Positions 54,916 to 64,000 of a stretch of 64,000 bases of DNA are shown piece after piece. Location of the stretch: the NCBI GenBank assembly GCA_000004985.1, contig GG738895.1; one strand, written 5' to 3'. The DNA is from Naegleria gruberi (Eukaryota). Every line of letters begins with the position of its first letter. Position 1 is the stretch's first letter. The notes below the pieces were generated by a model. It was not told the origin of the DNA. It saw only the letters and a program-made list of their open reading frames with translations, and ran no database searches. Made by a program: the position numbers and the translations under genes.

Positions 54916-56067
54916 TTAATTTTCATTTTCTTTTTTATCCTTATTTCCTCCTAAACCAATATATGCAATTGCAACAATACCAACAGTTAATGCAAATAAA
55001 ATTGCAACAAATTTTTTAAATTTTTTAGAATTTTTAGTTTTTTCTTCTCTTCCAACAATGATATCAAGTTGCCAATTATGAAATTCTCTTGTTCTATCAA
55101 TAATTTCTTGATCTTTTGAACCTAAACGATGATACCATTCTTCTAAAGATAATCTATATTGTAACCAATGTAATAAATAATTATTTTCAAAATATTTTGT
55201 AATAACTTCATATTGAGCTCTTGCTATAATTGGTTTTGTTAATTCATTTCTTTGATATAAATCATTTGGTCCACTTTGTCCAATTGCTTTTAATTCTTGA
55301 TAATAAATTGAATTATTTAATTCATCATCATTTATTGTTAAAAATGTATTTTTATAAATTTCTTTAATATTTTCATCTGATAATTTTTCAATATTATTTA
55401 ATTGTAATGAAGGAGATGATTCTATTGTTGATTTTATATTATTAAATTCATTCAATCCAAAATTAATTAAAATTCTTTTAATAAAATTAAAAATATTTAA
55501 ATCTTGATATTTATATAATTCATTTTTAAATAAAACTACTTTTAAAGTAATTTGATTAGAAATTTCACCTTCATCTTGAAGTTTTTCATCAATTGAATAA
55601 ATTTGTGGATATTTTTGTTTTAATACTTTATAATAACTTTGATTTACTATTTGAGTAATTGAATTCCATTTTAAAAATAAATTTTCTTCAGGTTGATTTG
55701 GAAGATTTAAAACTTGATTAAATAATTTATGAGAATATACTTGTTCTTCTACTTGATTTAATATTTCTTGTAATTCATCTCTTGAAAATTTATTTTCATC
55801 ATTATTTAAATTATTATTTAAATTATTTTCATCATTATTTAAATTATTATTATTCAAATTATTATTAGAATGATATAATGATTGATGATAATTAAATGAT
55901 GATAATGTTATTAATTTGAATAATTGATGTTGATTATTCATACTACATGATGTTATTGTTGTTGGAAGAAGAAAATTATTCATTCCGATAGAATTATTCA
56001 TCTTTATAATAGAAGATGAACAATTTCTACTATTACTCTTTGATAATTGTATTACTGCTCTTCTCAT
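54916..56067 (-). CDS. Hypothetical protein with a presequence-like N-terminus, Asn/Leu-rich repeats (LNNNNLNNDEN x2) and a C-terminal transmembrane anchor
   Basis: It is a 383-aa ORF with a C-terminal hydrophobic segment FVAILFALTVGIVAIAYIGL and no recognised domain; the sequence is very AT-rich. Confidence 0.5.
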   Translation of the reverse strand: MRRAVIQLSKSNSRNCSSSIIKMNNSIGMNNFLLPTTITSCSMNNQHQLFKLITLSSFNYHQSLYHSNNNLNNNNLNNDENNLNNNLNNDENKFSRDELQEILNQVEEQVYSHKLFNQVLNLPNQPEENLFLKWNSITQIVNQSYYKVLKQKYPQIYSIDEKLQDEGEISNQITLKVVLFKNELYKYQDLNIFNFIKRILINFGLNEFNNIKSTIESSPSLQLNNIEKLSDENIKEIYKNTFLTINDDELNNSIYYQELKAIGQSGPNDLYQRNELTKPIIARAQYEVITKYFENNYLLHWLQYRLSLEEWYHRLGSKDQEIIDRTREFHNWQLDIIVGREEKTKNSKKFKKFVAILFALTVGIVAIAYIGLGGNKDKKENEN

Positions 56068-56161
56068 TTTTTTTAAATTGTTGTTAATTTTTATAATATC
56101 TTTATTTTAATATTTTATTACAATTAATTGATGAAAATAGTTGAACATTCTTAATAACAAT

Positions 56162-58390
56162 TTATTCATGTTTTTGTTTCTTTGTTTGTGGAGAGAGTGA
56201 TTCTTCATTTGTATTAGTTGTGTTTGTTTCTTCATCTTCATTATTAGAAGATGATGCATTAATAGATTGATGAATTGTCTTTCTTCTACCTGGTCCCCAA
56301 TTTTCTTCTGGATTTGGTAAATAAGTTGGAATACCTGTATGTTTGCTTGAAATTAAAGCTTTTTGATTAATTTCCAAACTAACTTGAGATTTTTGAGGTC
56401 TGGAAAGAATGACTTGACCTGGTGTTAATTTCTTATCACTATGAATAGGAGTACTATTAGTAGTAGTGGTAGCAGTAGTGGCAGTGGTAGTGGCAGTAGT
56501 GGTAGCAGTAGTGGAAGTGGTAGATTCTTGTTGTTGAACTGATTGTGGTTGAACTGATTGTTTAACAGGATGAGTCTTTATCCATTCCTTCATCATATCA
56601 TAAATGAAACTCATTGGAGCATCAGTTTTGATTGCATTTGGTTTAATGTGAGTACCTGAAACTCTATAACCAGCATTTAAAATAGCAGATCTAGCAACAT
56701 TCATTGGAATATTATTACATTTCAAAACACTTGCAACATGATCAAGATAATAATAGAGTGGAATATCAGATAATTCATTCTTTGCAGCAGTTAATAAACC
56801 AATAATTCTCTTATGAGTTGTAAATAAATGAGTATTCTTTTGAACGTGATCTAAACATTTAGAAATGAAATCAGCGTCATGAATTGGACCTAACCACATT
56901 GGACCAGATAATTTAAGTCTCCATCCACATTCAGGACAATTATCTTTTGGAATTGAATGATCATGAATATATTCCTTTCTAGATGCACTTGATCCACCTC
57001 CTAAATTTTCATAATAATATGATTCACATCCAGAACAAACAAAAACATTTCCAAATTGTTTGTAAATTGTTTTAACCTTTTCAGGTGAAGTATAAACTCT
57101 AACAAAAATTCTAACATAAAAATCAATTGAAAGTGAAAGTACAGGTACAACATATCTCTTATACTTTGATGCACATGTTTGAATTGATGAAATTAACATT
57201 CTCAATCCTTGTTCATGACATGATTTCAATTTTTGTGGATATGATCCATATTTAGCAAAACAAGTACCTGGTTGTTGTCCACATAAAACTGCCATATCTG
57301 TACATGTTACACATAATAATCCTCCATTTCCATCAACTGATTGAATTGCTCCATCAATAAATGGTGCTGCTGTACCATATGGATCTAAATCAACAACATC
57401 AAAAGCTTTATCTGTATTTGATGCCATATATACAATTGCATCAGCTTGATTAGCAATAATACTATTATCTGAAATATTATTAAATTCTACATTTCTCTTA
57501 ATCACTTCAACTGCTTCAGGTAATAAATCATTAGCAATAATTTGTTTAACATTTGGAATTTCATGCCAATAACGAATTGAACGTAAGCCTGTTGCAGACA
57601 AGGCTTCTAAAATTCTAATACCTTCATAAGTTGGTTTTTTATCATCACTTGTATCCATTTGATCATTTGATTGTTGTTTTGGTTGTGGTGGTTGTGTTTG
57701 TTGTTCGGATGCTTGTTGTTCACTAGTATTAGTGGCAGTAGTGGTAGTGGATTCTTGTTGTTGTTGCTTAGCTTGTTGTTTTTGTTGTCTCTTCTTTTGT
57801 GGTGGATTTAATTTTTCTTCCTTTCTAATATCATTGAACATTTTAATCACCAAAGTTGATGTATCTCTATTAAAGACTTGAACCTTATTATAAAAGGCTT
57901 CAGTATCTTTAGAATAAATAACTGTAGCTGTTCCTTCTTTAATACATTTAAATTCGGATGGTATTTCTCTTTCAGTATTATGATGACTACCTGATGGATA
58001 ATACTTTCCATCAATTAATTCAATAATTGGAGTTTGTACAGAAGAGGCAGCACCATTGGTTGCAGAAGAAGATTGAACGTCCATTTTTTTTAATTCGAAA
58101 TTTTCATGAATTATTTCTTCTTCCTCTTCTTCTATTGGTTCATTCTTATCAATAAAAGAACCAGCAACATTTGACAGTTGTGGTGCAATTCTAGAATGAT
58201 GATAGAATGATGAAGAAGGTGCATTCTTGTTATTGATGATTAATAGTGATGATGATGATTTTTTATCGGAAGATGACAATGTATTGAGTAGTACTGGAGA
58301 TTGTTTTATTGAATATTTCCCACTTCTCACTAATGATGTTGTATTATTAAAGATGATATGGTTTTTAGAGAGGATGAAAAGCCTTTTCAT
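56162..58390 (-). CDS. TRM1: tRNA (guanine26-N2)-dimethyltransferase TRM1 with Gln/Thr-rich low-complexity inserts
   Basis: It has the TRM1 SAM-MTase core (ILEALSATGLRSIRYW, VVDLDPYGTAAPFIDGAIQSVDGNGGLLCVTCTDMAVLCG, CFAKYGSYP) and a C-terminal zinc-finger region (CSGCESYYYENLG...CPECGWRLK). Confidence 0.85.
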   Translation of the reverse strand: MKRLFILSKNHIIFNNTTSLVRSGKYSIKQSPVLLNTLSSSDKKSSSSLLIINNKNAPSSSFYHHSRIAPQLSNVAGSFIDKNEPIEEEEEEIIHENFELKKMDVQSSSATNGAASSVQTPIIELIDGKYYPSGSHHNTEREIPSEFKCIKEGTATVIYSKDTEAFYNKVQVFNRDTSTLVIKMFNDIRKEEKLNPPQKKRQQKQQAKQQQQESTTTTATNTSEQQASEQQTQPPQPKQQSNDQMDTSDDKKPTYEGIRILEALSATGLRSIRYWHEIPNVKQIIANDLLPEAVEVIKRNVEFNNISDNSIIANQADAIVYMASNTDKAFDVVDLDPYGTAAPFIDGAIQSVDGNGGLLCVTCTDMAVLCGQQPGTCFAKYGSYPQKLKSCHEQGLRMLISSIQTCASKYKRYVVPVLSLSIDFYVRIFVRVYTSPEKVKTIYKQFGNVFVCSGCESYYYENLGGGSSASRKEYIHDHSIPKDNCPECGWRLKLSGPMWLGPIHDADFISKCLDHVQKNTHLFTTHKRIIGLLTAAKNELSDIPLYYYLDHVASVLKCNNIPMNVARSAILNAGYRVSGTHIKPNAIKTDAPMSFIYDMMKEWIKTHPVKQSVQPQSVQQQESTTSTTATTTATTTATTATTTTNSTPIHSDKKLTPGQVILSRPQKSQVSLEINQKALISSKHTGIPTYLPNPEENWGPGRRKTIHQSINASSSNNEDEETNTTNTNEESLSPQTKKQKHE

Positions 58391-58549
58391 TCTTTTGAAG
58401 CAAATTTAAAACAATTTTTTAATTTAATAATAATAACAAGTAAAAGCTTAACATGAGATTCCTATCATCAAGAGAGAAAACAAAGAAGTGGGGAGGCTTG
58501 ATGATCAAAAATTTCAAATTAATAATAATTTAATATTAGGAATTAAAAA
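58391..58549. promoter_or_regulatory. Putative bidirectional promoter region between the divergent TRM1 and KRTCAP2-like genes
   Basis: It is a 159-nt AT-rich spacer between opposite-strand start codons. Confidence 0.3.
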
Positions 58550-58954
58550 ATGGCTCCTTCATCTTCTTCATCTTCACTTGTATTGAGTGCCACTCTTGCT
58601 GGTATTACATTCTTTGGATTAAACTTTTTCAAGGATACATTATTGTCATCAGAGAAGGGAAAAGTTTTTACTGGATTTATGTGTAGTATAATTTACATGT
58701 TGCTTCTTACAGCCTATGGCAATATTAAATCAAATATTAAATGGTTCGATATGTTATTATGTTTATTCCCAGCAGAGATCATTGCATCAAGTTTCCATGG
58801 TGTTTGTGTTACCACTTGTTTCCTATTCTCGATGGTTATTTCCTTTGAATTACACAAAGTAGCCCAACATATCTACGGAGGTGCAGAACAAGGCACTACT
58901 ACACAAGCCAGTAGTACATCATCTACCCAAGCTAACGATAAGAAGAGAAGATAA
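58550..58954 (+). CDS. KRTCAP2: KRTCAP2/KCP2-family small membrane protein (oligosaccharyltransferase complex accessory subunit)
   Basis: It has three predicted TM helices. HGVCVTTCFLFSMVISF matches human KRTCAP2 HRVCVTTCFIFSMVGLY, and it ends in a basic KKRR tail. Confidence 0.6.
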   Translation: MAPSSSSSSLVLSATLAGITFFGLNFFKDTLLSSEKGKVFTGFMCSIIYMLLLTAYGNIKSNIKWFDMLLCLFPAEIIASSFHGVCVTTCFLFSMVISFELHKVAQHIYGGAEQGTTTQASSTSSTQANDKKRR

Positions 58955-59795
58955 AAACATTTTATATAAAGATATATTGTTAAGAGTAATATCTGTTTAA
59001 TAATCAAATTGACATTACTAAAATAGTTGTAATCCTTTTTATTAGGGTTGAGTTGTTTTACTGCATTTATAGATTAATCTTTTAAATGTAATAATTATCA
59101 TGTTATGTGAATCAAATTTGGTATTAATGTTAATTGATGGTTTTATTATTCATGAAATTTAACAAAATGGCTGTCTAATATAAATTGTTACTAAATTGAA
59201 TAATTAAGGTATTGCCAACCAGTTTTTTATGATTAAGGGTGATGAATAATCCAAAAATTCGCACATTTCTTTTAAAATGTACATGGTTCTATTTTCCCCA
59301 ACATAAGTCTTTAAACTAATTGTTCTGTCATTTTTAAATGGTGTGAAACTATTGCTGGAATTGGAAGGTTATACTTATGACAATGAACAAGTACATGATT
59401 TCAGATAATTTCAACAATAGAATTCGAAAACCAGATATTTATGGATGTTTCAAAACCGTTGTTGGTGGTGGATTGAATTCATCCCATATACTGGAAATAA
59501 TATTTAATTTAATAATTCAGATTTAACTATCCGTGTTATTAATTTACAATTAAAGTGTCCTAATAGTGTATTTGAAATTAGTTGTTAAAACTGTGACCTT
59601 AATAAATATTGTAACATGTTGGCTTACATTCATTTTATTTCAATCCATTTCCCTAAATATATAAAGTTCAACCACATCTAGGACATCATCCTTGTTGTCT
59701 CATTATTCTGATAATAACTAGATCCACTACCAACAATTAGCTTCCCCGCCAAATTTTAAAAAATTTCGGATTATTAAGCAAAAAAATATTCTAAT

Positions 59796-60914
59796 ATGAA
59801 ACAAGTGTACTCATATGCTCCTTCAACAGATTCAACAGAGAAGGAAAAGGCAGATCAAGAAGAAGAAAACAATGTCGAAATCGGATTGGTGGAGAGTTTC
59901 AACTCTTGTGATATTAGAATTGGATTTTTAAAAGATTTTCCAATTCAAGATGATTGTTATGAAGGATGGCTTGAAAAGATGAAACAACATCCAAATTATA
60001 AAAAGAGATTTACTGTTTCTGGTGTTTTAGAACATTCTGAACCATCATTAACCTATCAACAGGAAAGGACTGCAATTTTGAACTATATTGCTGATGAGAA
60101 TGGTTTCACAGGAATGGAAAGTTTTGGTGATGCAGATTATGAACGTATTTTTCAAAGAGAATTTGTTGAAATAATGAGATTGAATGATTTGGAATTTTCA
60201 CAATTATCTAAATTAGTCAGACCAGCATTTAAAAGAATTGGAATGTACTTGAGAGATTGTTTATTCAATTTTAAAAGTTCACATCAGTTAATTAATAGAG
60301 ATGATATATTCAGACATAGACTGAAATGGATTATACCATTATCAGAAAGTACTTCCATACGAAATTTATTACATTTTGATCCTTCTTATGAGTTTGATGA
60401 TGGTTTAAAAATTAATAGTGATATTTGTTTGGAGGATTTAACTAAAAAGCATAAATTATTCATCATGTTTTCACATTCAAATTTAAATGATGCATTCAAT
60501 TCAGAGGAATTTTATAAAATGATTTCCCTCCTACTATTAACTATAACCTATCACAAGTCAAATGATCCACATTATAAGTATTTTGAACCTTCTGGATTGA
60601 TTTGTTGTAGAACACATGCTTATTATTTGAACTGTTATTATTCTTCAATCAATATTAATATTTGTAAAATAGATTTACAGACAGTGAATGGCATGTTTGT
60701 ACTATTTTTTATAATTTCAAATTTTTTTGGACACAGAGATTGTGAAAGAGCCTATTGTAGGGAATTAAAAGAATTAAAAAATCCAACTATTAAGAAAAAT
60801 ATTAAGGGAATTGAAAAGAGTAAAAGAATGATTTTGAATAGAAAAATAGAGAACAAACCCTGTATTCCACTTCTAAACATTACAAATTTAATGATGAAAA
60901 ATAACTATAAATAA
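59796..60914 (+). CDS. Hypothetical protein of 372 aa with no recognised domain
   Basis: It is a long ORF with ordinary, non-low-complexity composition, Cys/His scattered in the C-terminal part (CCRTHAYYLNCYY...HRDCERAYC) and a flanking AT-rich intergenic region. Its product cannot be assigned from sequence. Confidence 0.5.
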   Translation: MKQVYSYAPSTDSTEKEKADQEEENNVEIGLVESFNSCDIRIGFLKDFPIQDDCYEGWLEKMKQHPNYKKRFTVSGVLEHSEPSLTYQQERTAILNYIADENGFTGMESFGDADYERIFQREFVEIMRLNDLEFSQLSKLVRPAFKRIGMYLRDCLFNFKSSHQLINRDDIFRHRLKWIIPLSESTSIRNLLHFDPSYEFDDGLKINSDICLEDLTKKHKLFIMFSHSNLNDAFNSEEFYKMISLLLLTITYHKSNDPHYKYFEPSGLICCRTHAYYLNCYYSSININICKIDLQTVNGMFVLFFIISNFFGHRDCERAYCRELKELKNPTIKKNIKGIEKSKRMILNRKIENKPCIPLLNITNLMMKNNYK

Positions 60915-61475
60915 AGCTAAAACCAGATTATTACTTCATTAATCTCAAATAATAAATATACAAAAGGATGATAATGAACTTGCCAAGATGGATCTAGATT
61001 TCATTCATAGAGTCATTGTATCCAAACAAATGAATACCATTTCTATGAACAAATGCATTGGTTAATAACTCAAAATGGAACATCTGGCATGATTACAGGA
61101 TATGAGTTTTTACTGAATAAGTAATTAACCATTGATGATTGAGAATAGTTCCTTTAGTCATTAAGATGATTAATCTCATCAGTATCACATTGATCAGTAA
61201 AATGAATATGATTGGCAGTAATGATTGTTCAATGTATTGAAATGTGTAATAATCGTAAAGACATCTCCTTCTCTAAAATAGTTATAATTCCTTTTTATTT
61301 GAGTTTAAGTTTTACCGTATTTCTGTAAGGAGTTAGAGAATATTCGGTTTTCCTGTTTTGTCGTTTATTGTTTTTTATTTGGTCTCGATCACCATATTCG
61401 CCTTAATTGTTCGAAAATCATTGCAGAACGAACTTGACTCTACCTTAATATACCACAACAAGAATATCATTAAAA

Positions 61476-64000
61476 ATGAATAGGAATAAACCCACTTTTA
61501 ATTCTAGTAGTGGTGGTAGTAGCAGCCCGCCAAATATTAATAACAAACAACAAATTCCACTTTTAATGAAGGAGGCCTCAATAACATTGTTTCCTTCAGC
61601 ATCAACTTCATCATCATCACTACATAATAACAATGATATTAATAATAATAACAATAATAATCAAAAGTCATCCACTTCGACTACTGCTAAGGATCAACAA
61701 GTAACATCATCTTCATTGGCTATTAATAATACTAATAACAATCGAGAACCAATCAACAAACATCTCCAACTACAAATAAATATCAACAATAACAGTATTG
61801 GTGGAAGTGGAGGTGGTGGTCCTAAAACATTCTCTCCCAAACCAAAGATTAATTCATCACCATCATTTCAATATATGATGTCAAAGAGACCTTCATCGGT
61901 TGGAAGTAATAAGAGAACACCCTCATTCAAATCAACAAATTCATCCTCTTCTCTTCTCTCTCCAAGAACAAAGCCTTCATCATTTCCTTCTTCATCTTCT
62001 ACTACAAATACTAATAACTCTTCTACTAGTAATAGTAATAGTAACAGTTATGGATCATCACCCTCATTAAAAACTACTAATATTATTCTAAATACAAGTA
62101 ATAATAATACTACTCCAAATAATCATAATAATTCATCATCATCACTCAATAATTTATTTTCCAATACAAGTAAGCAACAACAACAACAATCAAATGATAA
62201 TACTACTACTAATAATCATCATCATCATTCTAATACACCTAAAAGAGTGTGGTCTAGTTCACAACGTCCACAATTACCTAAAATGTCAAGTATTAATTCT
62301 TCATTATCAACACCAGTTACACCTTCACCTGATTCTCAAATGTTTAAATCTCATTCAAATAGTGGAAGTAATTTATTAAGTAATTCTAATTCAACATCAA
62401 ATTTAAGAAGAGAATTAATTAATAATAGTGGAAGTAGAAGAAATACATTTAGTAGTTATTCATTAAATCCATCTCCAATACCTAAATTAGGACAATTAAA
62501 TACTATAATTGGTGTATCAAGTGCAACTAATAATTCGAGCCAAAGTTCATTAACAAGTGTTACTTCTACATATAGTATTAATATTGCTTTAAATAATTCA
62601 TCATCTACTACAAGTTTATTATCAAATGGATATAATGGAGCATCTACATCTTCTTTAAATAATACAGTTACAAATAATAATAATAATATAAATATTAAAT
62701 CTGATAATATTATAGTCAATAATAATAATAATAATTCTAATACAGGAAATACAATTACTAATAATAATACAGTTAATATTAATAATAATTCAACTAAATC
62801 TGATAATAATCATCCAATATTAACAGTTACTAATAATAATAATAATAATAATCAAATTATTTTAAATAATTCAAATAATTCAACAATTCCATTTAATAGA
62901 AAAAATGCAATTACACAAAATCCAGTATTTAGTACAACATCATTAAGTATTAATAATAATACAAGTAATACAAATAATACTAATAATACTAATAATACTA
63001 ATAATATTTCCAATAATAATGGAAATAATCAATCGACAAGCACAGTAACAAATAATATAAATAATAACATAAATAATTCTTCTAAATCTAATAATACTTC
63101 AAAATCAATAACATCAAATAATAATTCTACTTTTAATTCTACTTCCAATAATATAAATAATTCCAATAATAGTAATAACTCATCCAGTAACTCATCTAAT
63201 AATTCTTCTAATAATTCTAATAATAATAATAACAAATTAATTTCAACATTAAATTTAAACAATTTAAATTTATCTATTAGTAGTGTACCATCATCAGCAA
63301 GATCATTTGCATCACCACCACCCTCTAGTCATATTTCACCTAAATCTAGAATTGGACAAAATTATACAATTTATGATCATAAAAATAATTCATTATCATT
63401 AACTTGTAGTAGTAATAGATCAAGTATAGAAAATGATTCATTAGAAATACAAAAAGGACCAATTCCATCAAACAAATTTCCACATCAAATTTCACCACCT
63501 CAATCACCTACTCTAAGTAATAATACAAGTTTATTATCTTTAAATTCTTCAATAGATTCTTTTAAACCTAAAAAGGGTGGAAATACTCCAAATATAGTAA
63601 ATCAATTTAATGAAAATATATTTAAATCAAATCATTCTATTAACACTCCAATGAAAGGTAAAAATAAAATGGATCAAAATTTACTTTCAACAAGTACACA
63701 ATCAGATAAAGAAGAAGAAAGAGCTAAAATTCAAGAAGAAATTAAACAAATTTCAGATGAATTAAAAAAACAAGACGCCATTACTTTATTAGATCAAAAT
63801 GATAAACAAATTATAACAAGTATAATATCAAAATCTAATACTACTTCTACTAATAATAATATAAATGGTAATATAAATGGTAATATGAATATAAATGGTA
63901 ATAATAATGAAAATGAAGATGTACTTAAATATAATTTTTATAAAATGTTAAAATTAAATCTTCAAGAAGAAGAAGAAGAAGATTTATTTAATGAAATTAT
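61476..64000 (+). CDS. Large Asn/Ser/Thr-rich low-complexity protein; 5' complete, 3' end beyond the window (not in the ORF track because no stop is reached)
   Basis: The ATG at 61476 is followed by >840 codons read open by eye to the window end, with homopolymeric N/S/T runs. The C-terminal portion in view turns charged and helical (DKEEERAKIQEEIKQISDELKKQDAITLLDQ). Confidence 0.55.
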   Translation, partial: MNRNKPTFNSSSGGSSSPPNINNKQQIPLLMKEASITLFPSASTSSSSLHNNNDINNNNNNNQKSSTSTTAKDQQVTSSSLAINNTNNNREPINKHLQLQININNNSIGGSGGGGPKTFSPKPKINSSPSFQYMMSKRPSSVGSNKRTPSFKSTNSSSSLLSPRTKPSSFPSSSSTTNTNNSSTSNSNSNSYGSSPSLKTTNIILNTSNNNTTPNNHNNSSSSLNNLFSNTSKQQQQQSNDNTTTNNHHHHSNTPKRVWSSSQRPQLPKMSSINSSLSTPVTPSPDSQMFKSHSNSGSNLLSNSNSTSNLRRELINNSGSRRNTFSSYSLNPSPIPKLGQLNTIIGVSSATNNSSQSSLTSVTSTYSINIALNNSSSTTSLLSNGYNGASTSSLNNTVTNNNNNINIKSDNIIVNNNNNNSNTGNTITNNNTVNINNNSTKSDNNHPILTVTNNNNNNNQIILNNSNNSTIPFNRKNAITQNPVFSTTSLSINNNTSNTNNTNNTNNTNNISNNNGNNQSTSTVTNNINNNINNSSKSNNTSKSITSNNNSTFNSTSNNINNSNNSNNSSSNSSNNSSNNSNNNNNKLISTLNLNNLNLSISSVPSSARSFASPPPSSHISPKSRIGQNYTIYDHKNNSLSLTCSSNRSSIENDSLEIQKGPIPSNKFPHQISPPQSPTLSNNTSLLSLNSSIDSFKPKKGGNTPNIVNQFNENIFKSNHSINTPMKGKNKMDQNLLSTSTQSDKEEERAKIQEEIKQISDELKKQDAITLLDQNDKQIITSIISKSNTTSTNNNINGNINGNMNINGNNNENEDVLKYNFYKMLKLNLQEEEEEDLFNEI

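Noticed and set aside
1-64000. Prokaryotic, phage or mobile-element interpretation of the window
   Set aside because: Frame-consistent spliceosomal introns occur in over ten genes and the genes are eukaryote-specific (POLE, Arp6, SAS10, tubulin, PITH). There are no transposase, integrase or terminal repeats and no rRNA or tRNA.

Overview
This window is AT-rich eukaryotic nuclear DNA, not prokaryotic. It contains many spliceosomal introns, mostly 38-70 nt, with GTAAGT or GTATGT donors and AG acceptors. Coding sequence is full of Asn-, Ser- and Gln-rich low-complexity tracts, and gene spacing is compact (intergenic gaps about 80-450 bp), with divergent and convergent gene pairs. Gene content and codon usage fit an amoebozoan, most likely a dictyostelid social amoeba; a cycloeucalenol cycloisomerase gene supports this, but I cannot name the species from sequence alone. 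I count about 28 protein-coding genes on both strands. Housekeeping genes include DNA polymerase epsilon catalytic subunit, threonyl-tRNA synthetase, TRM1 tRNA methyltransferase, Arp6, SAS10/UTP3, NDUFA6, an ALDH/SSADH-type dehydrogenase, a CPQ-like M28 peptidase, PITH, CPI1, KRTCAP2 and IER3IP1. Several architectures are unusual. One is a ~3300-aa protein with an NT-C2-like domain, a long coiled coil and a DIL domain, carrying near-identical intragenic duplications. An EngB-type GTPase has an ~850-aa repetitive N-terminal extension and is followed, in the same reading frame after a single TAG, by a degenerate eIF4A-like DEAD-box N-domain. There is an MKT1-like inactive XPG-N protein, a SAM-PB1-PAS-PAS gene whose SAM exons the ORF track misses, a divergent tubulin, a pseudokinase-TPR protein, and a highly divergent eS1/RPS3A-like ORF inside a very AT-rich island. 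I found no rRNA, tRNA, CRISPR array or recognisable transposon. Multi-exon gene models were built by hand from donor/acceptor motifs and checked for frame consistency; coordinates are exact to about 1 nt.
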